From Stramenopiles sp. TOSAG23-2 (lineage: Eukaryota): 44,234 bases of DNA. The position numbers and the translations under genes were made by a program. The notes under the pieces were generated by a model. It made no database searches. It worked only from the letters and a program-made list of their open reading frames with translations, and had not been told where the DNA came from. Shown here piece by piece: positions 32,899 to 44,063 of the stretch; position 1 is the first letter of the stretch; every line of letters starts with the position of its first letter. The DNA lies in assembly GCA_900128395.1 (NCBI GenBank), contig LT649294.1:1-44234 (forward strand), read 5' to 3'.

Positions 32899-34740
32899 TT
32901 ATAATTCCCTCCATTTTTTTCCACCTTTTGAACGTATAAGATCAATGATCTTTTGTTTAATTGGACTTTTATTATATTCATATGCCCAGTCCAGGGGAGT
33001 GTCCCCCCCGCCCTTCTTATTAATGCTAGTAAGAGACATATTAGTTAATAACAACTCAATTAACTTCGTATCCTTTTTGTTCCAACGTGCTGCTAAATGT
33101 AATGCATTCGATCCATAACTAATTGCAATATTAGGATCAGCTTCACCTTGTTCAATCAAATATTTAACTATTTGGAAATGTTCGTCTCTTGCAGCTATCA
33201 TTAAAGGTGTATTTTCACCACCACGAGTATCTTTACCGACTTGATTCACGTATTCTTTCAATGTCATACCACTTTCATTCGCATCATGGGTTTCTACTAA
33301 AACTTTAACAACATCCAACATACCTTTCTCGCTTGCAATAATTATACCTATATGCTTCCAATAACTTTTCATCACTGCTTGATGCCCCGTATCCAACCAT
33401 TTCTTTACTTGTTCATCGGTTAAATTACCCCAATCCGTATTAAATTCTTTTATTGATTTATTTTTTTTCATGACATTACATATTTCATCAATAACATCAT
33501 TGGTTAAATCATAATATGTCACGGATTCAATTTTATTTAAACGTATAGCATCTAAATTTAATCCACCACCTACTTCAAATAAATGTTGAATATATTGACG
33601 AATACTTATACCCATCGCTCGCGTTGCAATGTATACTTCTAATAACGTACGTGTTATTGATATTGCAGATAATATTAATGACAATCCTAACGTTTGTTCT
33701 GTATTTAATTTAAAAAAATATAAATCTAATGTTTCGTTTGGATTAAAACCACATGTTTTATCATCAGTGCATGTGAAATATAATATTAATTGCAATATTG
33801 TTTGTGGAAATGATTCACATAATACTTCAATTAATACACGTAATGCTTCATATTGTATCATGAAGATTGATAATTTAGTTGGTGTACATCGATTCAATGG
33901 ACGATAAAAGATAATGTATATATCTAATATTGGTACAAGTGGTATGGATAATGGTAATAATATACAACGTTTGATGTTGTTTTGTCGTATTTGTTTGGTT
34001 TTCTGTTCGAGAGATTTATCATAATCTTTAAATGATTTGCTTGGGTTGACTTTTGTGGCTGACTTATTACCGCTACCATCGCTGTATTTCCAATTAAGAT
34101 CATACGTATTATCATCATTCACTTTTGTAATCTTTCCTTTACCATACTCGTATCCATCCTCCCATTTATATTTATACTCCACCTCATCACCAACTTGCAA
34201 ACGTTTCCTTGGATTTTTAAATAAATCGGTTTTAAAATATACATTTATACCAAACCATCCTAATCCAAATTGTAATGTTAAAAAACTCAACATGAAATAA
34301 TACATCATTTGTACATATCCATTGGTTGATTTTGATAAATTAACTAATAATGCAATATCGGATGACATATCTAACCAATAACATAATATTTTAAAGAAAA
34401 TATTTAATGCCAAAAGTAATGATATAAATCTTGGATATTTTTCTTGTATTTTATTTAAACATCTTCCACATGATTTTACTTTCTTATTTTTATATGAACG
34501 TATTCTTGAACGGATACGTCGTGGACGTTGTTTTTTCTCTTTTTTCTTTCCATTTGTTTCACTTGGATGTATTTTAGTTGATAATTTCTTCTTTGCTTGA
34601 TCATCCAGTATCGACCCAGCAACGACTGTACCACCAACTAATGCAAGACCACCCGCTTCCATCATCGTTTCCGTTGTCCCTACATTGGCATTATCCAACA
34701 ATTCACCACTTTGCGTAATGGCATCAATTACTTGTGACAT
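32899..34740 (-). CDS. XK-related (scramblase-like) membrane domain + Tudor/SH3-like insert + ankyrin cassette C
   Basis: XK-like motifs WLDMSSDIALL and EVLCESFPQTILQL with several TM segments. Insert LQVGDEVE...GKITKVNDDNTYDL. C-terminal cassette MTLKEYVNQVGKD...IRSKGGK. Confidence 0.85.
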   Translation of the reverse strand: MSQVIDAITQSGELLDNANVGTTETMMEAGGLALVGGTVVAGSILDDQAKKKLSTKIHPSETNGKKKEKKQRPRRIRSRIRSYKNKKVKSCGRCLNKIQEKYPRFISLLLALNIFFKILCYWLDMSSDIALLVNLSKSTNGYVQMMYYFMLSFLTLQFGLGWFGINVYFKTDLFKNPRKRLQVGDEVEYKYKWEDGYEYGKGKITKVNDDNTYDLNWKYSDGSGNKSATKVNPSKSFKDYDKSLEQKTKQIRQNNIKRCILLPLSIPLVPILDIYIIFYRPLNRCTPTKLSIFMIQYEALRVLIEVLCESFPQTILQLILYFTCTDDKTCGFNPNETLDLYFFKLNTEQTLGLSLILSAISITRTLLEVYIATRAMGISIRQYIQHLFEVGGGLNLDAIRLNKIESVTYYDLTNDVIDEICNVMKKNKSIKEFNTDWGNLTDEQVKKWLDTGHQAVMKSYWKHIGIIIASEKGMLDVVKVLVETHDANESGMTLKEYVNQVGKDTRGGENTPLMIAARDEHFQIVKYLIEQGEADPNIAISYGSNALHLAARWNKKDTKLIELLLTNMSLTSINKKGGGDTPLDWAYEYNKSPIKQKIIDLIRSKGGKKWREL

Positions 34741-35405
34741 CTTTCTTTTTTTCTTCTTCTTTGTGCTATAATATATTATTATTATTACTACTATTATTAG
34801 TTACTATTTCAAATATTTGTTTGTTTGTTTCTTTCTTCACTCTCCATCTATCTATCTATCTATCCATCTATCCATCTATCTATCCATGCAGGAATGTGTA
34901 CAATCATATAAATATATTAACATGTAAATACTATAGGAAATAACCCATTTGTTTTCTTCATTTTAACAATTTGTAACGAAAGTCCGAAAGTGGAATTTAG
35001 TATCATAAAAACTAATATGAAAAATACAGATAATAATATATAAATAGAATCACATTTAACAACAGAAAAGAAGATGAAATAATCGGATATTTTATTTAAT
35101 ATTTTAAATTTTCACCTGTCAAGGCACACGATTTTAGCCATGTTCGAGCGAGCGTTTCTAACACAATGCTGTGTAATGTAAATAATCGATTAAATATCGA
35201 CATATAAAAATAGTTTTGAGGTGTTTTATAAAGTTAAATTACTAAAATATCAAAAATATTTACACCCCCCGCCCCTTTCTTTTTTTGGTTTTCCTCTCCG
35301 CCGCGAGAGTTTTTTTTCTTTTCTTTTCTCTTTACGTTTTTACCACTTTATATACCCGCTTAACCAAGCACCTCTGCATCTCTTGCATACAGTACATACC
35401 GTTTA

Positions 35406-35678
35406 CTACTTAATGATTCTATGATGATATCCTAACCGATGTTCAATTCGTTCATGTTTATATAAGTTACGTGTTAATGTACATTTGTAATTACAGAAGT
35501 TGCAATATTTCCATACAACAATTGGACGATTTGTATTATTATCATCGTTGCTACTAGTAATAGTACAATTATTAATTTTATTGGTTGTTTTCCATGTTGT
35601 TTTTTTAATATCATTCCGATACATTGAATATATTAATTTCGGCATATTTTTAATATATGTAATATTGATGTGTGGCAA
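35406..35678 (-). CDS. Possible small protein or terminal exon with a C2H2-like zinc finger
   Basis: CNFCNYKCTLTRNLYKHERIEH fits C-x2-C-x12-H-x4-H. Upstream structure unresolved. Confidence 0.4.
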   Translation of the reverse strand: MPHINITYIKNMPKLIYSMYRNDIKKTTWKTTNKINNCTITSSNDDNNTNRPIVVWKYCNFCNYKCTLTRNLYKHERIEHRLGYHHRIIK

Positions 35679-36794
35679 TAATATATATATGTATCCTTGA
35701 TGTCAAATGTAAAAACGGTGTGATGTGTTGTAATTATTATTAGTACTATTACTTTGTTTATATGTATGTATCTTTATTGATCGATGTCAAACAGATGGCA
35801 ATGTGTTGTAATTATTATTATTATTATTATTATACTATTTTGTTGAATATCCTAAAATAATATACTGTATATATCTATATTGTTCAATATCAACACTATA
35901 AAATAGATATATGTATATTGCAATGATACTTATTATTATTCGTATACGTATGTTGTTAATGAATATATTTTTAAAAATTTGTTGTAGGGTTTTTGTTTCG
36001 TTTCAATCTCTCTTGCTCGTATCTCTTATGTATCTATACCCATTCTTCCATCTATCCATCTTTCTATATATCTATAATGTGTAATGTGTACAAATGTGTG
36101 TGTGTCAATCAATGTGGATCCATATTTATTGGATATCATCACATTATTATTTAATGTTATTTTATATGTTGTTTGGTTATAAATGTCGAGATCACTTTCG
36201 TATATTTTTATGGATGTTGGATCCTTTGTTGACTTCTTTTTTGGCATTTTGGTCGATTTGCTCTATTAAGGTATAATTAAGATAGCATACGAATAGCTTT
36301 TATATTGCATAATATCTGTAATCTGTAAGTAAAGTTTAAAATGAAAGTATAGCGAGGACATATCATTAAAGATGCCCAAGAAAGAAATGACTGTGTTTGA
36401 GAGGTTAAGGTTTTTATAAGGTGGATGGCAAAAAATATCTTTTTCTGTCTTATTATATATAGAGAGGACCCGCGGATCCACTCTATACTATATAGTGTTA
36501 TATCCGGTATATTTTATATTTTTTTGCCCATATGGCTAATAATATATATATATGACACACACGTGCACACATGTGAAACAATATATGACATTCGGTATAT
36601 ATAATACATTTCTTATCTATATATATATATTTATTTAAAATAGTAAAGTGAATTTATTGTGAGAATATATATAAATATACACATTTACGTATATTATTAT
36701 ATATAATAAGAACTATAAAAGAATATAAATATAGTTATACACAACCATAAAAATATTATATACGCGTAAATATATATATAGTATAATATATACC

Positions 36795-37217
36795 ATGCAA
36801 TTTGTACGTCAATGTCCTGATGGATTAACTAAAGCAGATGTAACGATGATGAAGTCTCTTTTAAAGCCACCAAGAGCTATTCAACTTTGTATTATGGGAT
36901 TATGCATGTTAACTTCAAACCCTGCTGCTGCAAAAATTAAAACAGATGCGGAAGCGAAAAAAAAACTACGGAATGCATCTTTTTTAAAACAAATATTAAC
37001 TCTGGATCTTAGTCAAATTCCATATGAAAATTGGGAAAGATTGACAAGCATACTTAAACCGTTTAAAAAAGAGCCTACATCTAAGACACTTATAGGGCGT
37101 GTCCATGGATTCTTAGTAAGTGTATTGCGAAACAGACCAGTTTCGTCACAAAATAAACAAACAAAAAAAAAGGCAAAACAAACGAAGAAAAACGAGCAAT
37201 TAAAAAATGAAGAGTGA
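36795..37217 (+). CDS. Stand-alone dynein microtubule-binding-domain-like protein
   Basis: LTKADVTMMKSLLKPPRAIQLCIMGLCML...AKKKLRNASFLKQILTLDLSQIP matches the dynein stalk-head pattern L.K.DI.E.KS...PP..V..V...VC.L...AKK.L....FL..L..FD...IP. The ATG follows AT-rich intergenic DNA. Confidence 0.65.
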   Translation: MQFVRQCPDGLTKADVTMMKSLLKPPRAIQLCIMGLCMLTSNPAAAKIKTDAEAKKKLRNASFLKQILTLDLSQIPYENWERLTSILKPFKKEPTSKTLIGRVHGFLVSVLRNRPVSSQNKQTKKKAKQTKKNEQLKNEE

Positions 37218-37450
37218 TTCCCACCTGCATTAGTATTAGCACCAGTAACCATCCCAACCACATTGGCAGATGAAATTTGGCCACTAACTACCGTTTGTAC
37301 CTTTCCTGACGTAAACGCTATATACGGAGTTGCTGATGTAGTAGTGCTACCACCATCGCCAACGTTCATAGTATGTAGAGAGACCACAGAACCTGCAGCT
37401 TTATTTTCATCAATTTGGAATAGATAGTTATGTGAAGGTACAAATGGCAA
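37218..37450 (-). pseudogene. Inverted fragment of a cadherin-like surface protein
   Basis: The minus strand reads PFVPSHNYLFQIDENKAAGSVV (cadherin start P.F....Y.F.I.EN...G.VV) followed by S/T/G-rich sequence. No plausible start or end. Confidence 0.5.
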
Positions 37451-37959
37451 AACTGGACGCTATGTTATTATTCGCTCTCCAGATGCATTTACTAATGGCA
37501 TTTGGTTCCAGTACAACGGTTAGTCTTTCTGCCGTAGGACATTTTGTAGTTAATGTAGCAGATGCCAATGAACCACCTGTGGCATATGATAAATCCCATA
37601 TACGATCCGAAAATGCACCAATTGGTTCGTTCATTGATTATTATATAGCAACGGATGAAGATACAGCAGATGTGTTGACATACACGATTGTAAATGGGAA
37701 CGAAGATGGCGTTTTCAGTGTTGATACGGCCGATCCATGTTTTATTTGGTTAGCAAAATCATTAGATTATGAAACAAAACCAAAACATGTATTGGAAGTG
37801 GAAATATCAGATCGTACATGTACTTGCACAAAAATAAAGCCCTGTTTTGATACAACAACGGGCGTTTGTTACGGTACTGGGTACGATGGTACTTGCCAAA
37901 GCAGATGCCATGATGCCAAAATTAATAAATATAATCAAAAAGAATTCTCTTTGATATAA
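37451..37959 (+). pseudogene. Cadherin-domain gene fragment with Cys-rich tail
   Basis: VNVADANEPP, SENAPIGS, ATDED, LTYTIVNGNEDGVF, LDYE and VEISD make up one cadherin repeat, followed by a Cys-rich stretch and an abrupt stop. Confidence 0.75.
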
Positions 37960-38654
37960 CGCAAAATGCGAAAAGGTTAAAAATGGATGAAAAATTTCGG
38001 ATGGATGGATTTTATATTCAAGGGTCAAGGGCAGGTAAAGCGAGATGCGGAGAAGCAAGAAGCAAAAGGAGATGAAAGGATGAAAGATGAAAGGAAATGC
38101 ACAAGATGCAAAGGAGAAAGGAGAAAGGAGGTAAAGAAGCGTATATAAGCATGTAAATAGAATATTAGCAATCTTATTTTTCATGCTATGTCGCTATTAA
38201 TAATTATGATAGACACAGCATTACCACTTTAACCCTATTATCTAACACACACACGAAAAATCTCTAGCAGGCAGATAGCAGGTGATTTGATGATGGTTTC
38301 GTATTTTTCAAAATATATATATATATATATTGATTGATTGATGCACAAGAAGTTAATAGTGAAAAGCGATCGAAGTAGAACAGACGTAGACGACTATGTT
38401 GATAGTTTATATAATTATTGTATGTAGAAAATCATTGTGACGGTATAATATAGTATATAGAAATAGTTAGACGCATCGATTCCTTCTTGATACGTTTTTT
38501 TTTTTTTGCGAATAATTGCACATTTTTTTTGGAAATTAATTAAATTATTAAATTTCGTACATTTTTAATTAAAAATAAAAGTTTATGCTGTTCTATATAC
38601 CCATTTTACATTCTCGTGTGCTTAACTAATAAACAAATAGAATATATAAATATA

Positions 38655-40351
38655 ATGCATCGTAATGCAATATTATGTAATATATGTGGTAGATCCTTCT
38701 TTCCACAATCATTAAAATTTCATACACCAGGTAAGTAGTTTATATATATATATCTAATCAAAATTAAAAAATAATAAAACTAACTGTATATATATATCAA
38801 TACAACCACCACCATCATCAACAAACAACAACAAATAATATAGCATGCATTAAAAAACATGAAAATATACCAATACCATGTCAATATTGCGATGTAGAAT
38901 ATAAACAAAAAGATATGCCAAATCATTTACGTAAATGTAAAAAAGCAAAACGTATGATGAAACAAAATAAACGTAATAAAGCAACAAATTCATTTCATAT
39001 GCATAAACAAACTCTTGTTGATAATTCAAAAATGAAATTAAATAAAAAATATGAAAATTATACACAATTAGCAAAACGTGCTAAAGATGAAAGTGCATCA
39101 TTGACAAAGATATTTCATACTAGTAAAGAAGAAGAAGAGGAACATTTAAAACAACGTAATAGTAAAAGTATTACTACTAGTAGTAGTAGTAGTGGAACTA
39201 TGATGTCACGTATACCATGTGCTATATGTGGACGTAAATTTTCTGCTGATCGAATTGGTAAACATCAAAAAATATGTCGTAAAAATAATGCATCAAAAAG
39301 ACGTGTATTTGATTCAACGAAACAACGTATTGAAGGTACAGAGATGGCAACGCATTATAATCATCAACATAATAATAGACGACGTAGAAAAATAAAAAAA
39401 GGATTAGGAGGCCGTAAAGCAAATCGTCCATCTAATAATAATAATACTAAAAAACAATATGGATCATTACCATCATCACCACGTAAATTAAAATTAAAAG
39501 CAATGAATAATAATAATACAAAAACAAACAAGAAAAAATCATCAAATTGGAAAGAACAATCAAATATGTTACGACAAGCCATTCAACAATCAAAATTAGT
39601 ATCAAATGCAATTAAAAATGGTACTGATTTATCATTATTACCACCACCAATACCAACGAAAGAACCAGAGCAATGGGTAAAATGCCCAACATGCCATCGT
39701 ACATTTAATCCACAAAGTGGTGCTAGACATATTTCAAAATGTAAATCGATTTTAAATAAACCAAAAACATTATTAAAAGGTAGTGGTGGTGGTGCTGGTA
39801 TGTATAATGGTAGAACACCAAATATTATATCACCAGAATCAACAAGACGTTTAAAGCGTATCTCACCAATCAAAGAATTTGGACAATCAAATGGTAATAT
39901 CATCAATAGAAATAGAAAACATACAACCTTTGGTGCTGGACGTGATATTGAACAAGTACGTCCTACTATATATGGTAATGGTGGTAATAATAATGGTATG
40001 TTTCATCGTGAAAATATACGTCGTCCAGCACATCATCATCAGAAGCAGCAGCAGCAACAACAACAACAATCATCATCGTCATCAACTCGTCATCGCCATC
40101 GTCGTCGTATTCAATCAAAAGCACCAAGCTTTAATGGTGGCCCAAATACATTTGGTAGTCCATCTAGTAGTAGTAGTAGTCGTTTTGGACGTGGTAGTGG
40201 TAGTAGTGGACGTGGTGGTATGAATAATGCAAGTGGTGGTGTCATTACAAGTAATGCAACTAGTAGAAACAATCCAATGTTAACAAATCATTTACAAGCA
40301 AGTCCACATCCATTTGGTACAAATGCTTCGAAATATGTGTCACGTGGGTAG
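38655..40351 (+). CDS. C2HC zinc-finger protein (zf-C2HC_2/ZC2HC1-like), 2 exons (38655-38730, 38844-40351)
   Basis: Splicing the GTAAGT...CTAAC...TAG intron completes CNICGRSFFPQSLKFHTPAC. Further fingers: CQYC...HLRKC, CAICGRKF...HQKIC and CPTCHRTF...HISKC. Also contains RRVFDSTKQR and SNWKEQS motifs. Confidence 0.88.
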
Positions 40352-40922
40352 GAAAGTATATATATATATATATGTACACTTCATTTTTGTAATTATATAT
40401 ATGCCCATATTGCATCAATAGAAAGGGTACTTTAAGAATGTATGTACATGAATTTCAAGAGACATAAAAAATTAAAATATATGAATATATCATTAATTAA
40501 AAATTACAGTACTTCTCGTATCATAACATGTTTTTGGCGTCGTGCGTGTATCATACGAGTATTTAAATTTTACATAATATCTGATCTGCCATCTGCCATC
40601 TGGGCAATCTGACTCTAAATGATCTATTTTACCAGCAGAGAGTAGAGAGCGGTATATTGTTCTATTCTTGCTCTATCTTTTTAGTGTCTCGCAAAAGAAG
40701 TGTGGAGAAGATCGCGTGGAGAAGAAGGGTGAAAAGGTTTTCCTAGAGTTAACTTGTTGACTTTTCATTTGGCACTCATGCTGGCATAAAAAAAGAAGAT
40801 TTATAATATCATCATAAAAACCATGAAAATAACACTACACAGCATAATAAAAAAGATGTAAAAGTTCAATTAGAAATATTAATTAAGTGAGGAAGGGAGA
40901 CGGGGAGGGATTGTGATAATAT

Positions 40923-40958
<36 letters not shown>

Positions 40959-41207
40959 ATAAATATTCATAGAGAAACATATTATACATAGATTTTATAG
41001 ATATATAATATACCATCAGCACATATATATATTTTTGTATATTTAATTTTTTTTTTTTTTGATTAGAAGAATAATTAAATTTAAGTAAATATTAAAATTT
41101 TGGCCATTTTCTTATCAGATATATTAAATAATAGAAACATATAAACGGGATTTTTATTTGTTTTTGCTTCTCTTCATCATCATATATTATTAATTTTCCG
41201 AATACAT

Positions 41208-41243
<36 letters not shown>

Positions 41244-41285
41244 TAATCCCACGATCATCAATTATAGTAAGAATCAAAGAAAATC

Positions 41286-42015
41286 ATGTCCAATGAAACA
41301 ACTGCTATGGAACGTTTTTTAGCAGCTGGTATTGGTGCTGCAGTTGCTGAATCTACTACCTTGCCAGTTGATATTGCAAAAGTACGTTTACAAACACAAA
41401 CACCACGTGCAGATGGTAGTATGTTATATCGTAATATGATACAAAGTATGTTTGTAGTTGGTAAAAATGAAGGGCCAACTGCATTATGGAAAGGTTTATC
41501 ACCAGCATTAATGAGACAAGTTAGTTATACAGGATTATCATTTGTTTTATATACACCTATACGTAATTTTATTGCTGGTGAAAATGTGGAAAAAAAAGAT
41601 ATACCATTTTTTAAACGTGTATTAAGTGGTGGACTTGCTGGTGGCACAGCAATTATATGTATGAATCCAACCGATGTGATTAAAACACAAATGCAAACAC
41701 ACACAGGGAAACCAAAGATGGTACCAATATTTAAAGATATTTTAAAAAATGAAGGTATAAAAGGTTTTTGGCGTGGTGTACATCCAAATGTTGCAAGATG
41801 TTTTGTTGGTAATGCATGTGAAATTGGATGTTATGATCAATTTAAAACTTGGATAGTTGAAAGTGGTGCTGTACCGGATGGTCCAATGGCACATTTATCT
41901 GCAAGTGGTGGTGCTGGTATTGTCAGTGCTATTTTTAGTACACCTGTGTAAGTTTTGTTATTTCTTGCATCTCTCTCTCATTCTCTCTCTCTTAGTTCAC
42001 ATCACATCATACTAA

Positions 42016-42058
<43 letters not shown>

Positions 42059-42290
42059 CAGAGATGTGGTGAAAACACGTTTAATGAATCAAGCAGGTAG
42101 TGGTGGTGAAGGTGGATTAACACGTTATAAAGGTGTTATTGATTGTTTTGTACAAATACCAAAACAAGAAGGTTTTAGTGCATTTTATAAAGGTTTTACA
42201 CCATTAGCAGTTAGAAAAGTAACATGGACAATGTTTTACTTTTTAGCATATGAAAAAGCATTATTTATGGTTAGTGGTAAATATTCGTAA
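41286..42290 (+). CDS. Mitochondrial carrier (SLC25; UCP/dicarboxylate-oxoglutarate carrier-like), 2 exons (41286-41947, 42062-42290)
   Basis: Three Px[DE]xxKxR-type motifs: PVDIAKVR, PTDVIKTQ and PVDVVKTR, the last restored by removing intron 41948-42061. Confidence 0.93.
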
Positions 42291-43001
42291 AAGGAGGTTG
42301 TATAGATGTATAGATGTGTAATTTATTATTATTAATAAATAAAGTTTGATGCACGCTGATAGTTGATCTAGATGAAGTTTTAAATAATATTATTAGATTT
42401 TAGTGGTATAAAAATTAACAGAATGTACCACATTAAATACAATATAGATGTTTAACATCTTGTACATAAGATTTTGTTGTAAATGTTTAGGAAAAAAAAA
42501 AGGAGAATAGGTATATAATATATTTTTGTAAATATGAATGTAAAATACGGTGTTTGTGTTGAGTGTAATTTAAATATTTGGAGTTTTTATTAGTTTTTGT
42601 AAAGAAATTAAGACGGAAAAATTTTAAAAAGGATGATAACAAACCAACACGAGTTACGAGTTACGAGAGTTTTGGGAGTTTGGTTTTAGTGTGTTGGTGT
42701 GTTGGTAATTTGCCATATATATATTTTGATTATATAATACGAATAATTTAAAACACTCTCTCTAGAATCTAGAAATTTTTAGACTTTTCCTACTTCCCCC
42801 TTTCCGTGGCTTCCGGCTTCCGTCAAAACATTAAAATAGTTTTTTATAATCAATACTAATCTATGAATACAATCTATAAATTTTGTATTCGTCTTGTTTC
42901 TTCATTTTGTATTTTTCTTTTTTTTTTAAATAAATGCCGACATCATTAGTATTTTATATCGAACAATTAATTTTCACAAACAATATTCATTTTCCCCTGC
43001 A

Positions 43002-43773
43002 TTAATTCAATTTCAATGCATTCATTGCTAAATTTTCCCTGGTACGTTGTTGTTGTGCATTTTTACTATATCCTTGTGCACGTCTTAAATGCATTTGTAA
43101 TGTTTCCATTTTTGCCATACCTAAACCAAATGGTTCATCTTTACCACTCGCTTGATATAATGCTCTAATTTTACCTATCATAACATCACGTTTTTTTTGT
43201 AATGCCATATCTTTCTTTTTCTCATCGGAAATGTTTCTTGCGCCAAATTTATTGGAATTATTACGTTTTTCTGCTGCACGTAACATAGCTTCACGTCGTT
43301 CAGCTGCAGTTAATACTTTCGGTGGTGTTTTATTTTCACTATTTTCTTCATCAACATTTCCATCACTCGTTTTACTACCACTTGTACCACCTAATGTACC
43401 GACATATGATAAATTTCGTGGTTGTCCACTATATGTACTACTACCTTTTTTACTTGGTGGTGTTACAGGCCGATCATTATTTAATTTATACGCTATGGCA
43501 GCTTGTTCTCTTAATTTAATCATTTCTGGATCTTGTTCACGTTTTTTTCTTGTCCATTCTAACATATATTTTAATACATTTTCTGGCTTATCAACAACAA
43601 TATCAGTTAATAATTCAGATATAATTGGATCAACATGTTCTTTCATGTATTCTTTGGTTTCTTCAACGTTTACCTGGTTTGTAAAATATCTTGTTAGTAT
43701 TAAGTTTTGAGAAAGAGGAACTTCAGGTTTGTATATAACTTACAATTTTTTTGGAGTTAACGTTTGATGTCAT
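43002..43773 (-). CDS. Dpy-30/RIIa-like dimerisation-docking domain protein, 2 exons (43773-43744, 43673-43002)
   Basis: A 70-bp GTAAGT...TACTAAC...CAG intron gives MTSNVNSKKI-VNVEETKEYMKEHVDPIISELLTDIVVDKPENVLKYM, the D/D pattern Y....V.P.L..LL......KP.N...Y. Confidence 0.75.
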
Positions 43774-44063
43774 TATTACTATATATATATATTTTTGTTT
43801 ATTACTGGTTATAGGCAATTTATTCAAAAATATTCAAAATGATTAAATATTTTGTTTTTTAAAAGGGAGAGATGGATCGTGCTTCAATTTAGAAAAACGG
43901 TGGATATATATATATATATATATATACGAATTGAATGTTGTTAGTGATGATGGTGGTTGATAATCTGTGATCTATTATACTTTGACCAAGTTTTGTCTAC
44001 ACACTTCTCCATGTGTATAAAGTCTATAGTCTATAGTTATATATGTTAATTATTATTTTGCTG

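Noticed and set aside
36026-36481. Short minus-strand ORFs upstream of the C2H2-like ORF
   Set aside because: No consensus splice sites link them and no domain is recognisable.
40927-40956. (TA)n tracts here and in many intergenic regions
   Set aside because: Ordinary microsatellites of an AT-rich genome.
41955-42061. Poly-Leu signal or TM segment at the start of ORF 41955-42290
   Set aside because: It is a (TTA)n microsatellite inside the carrier gene's intron.
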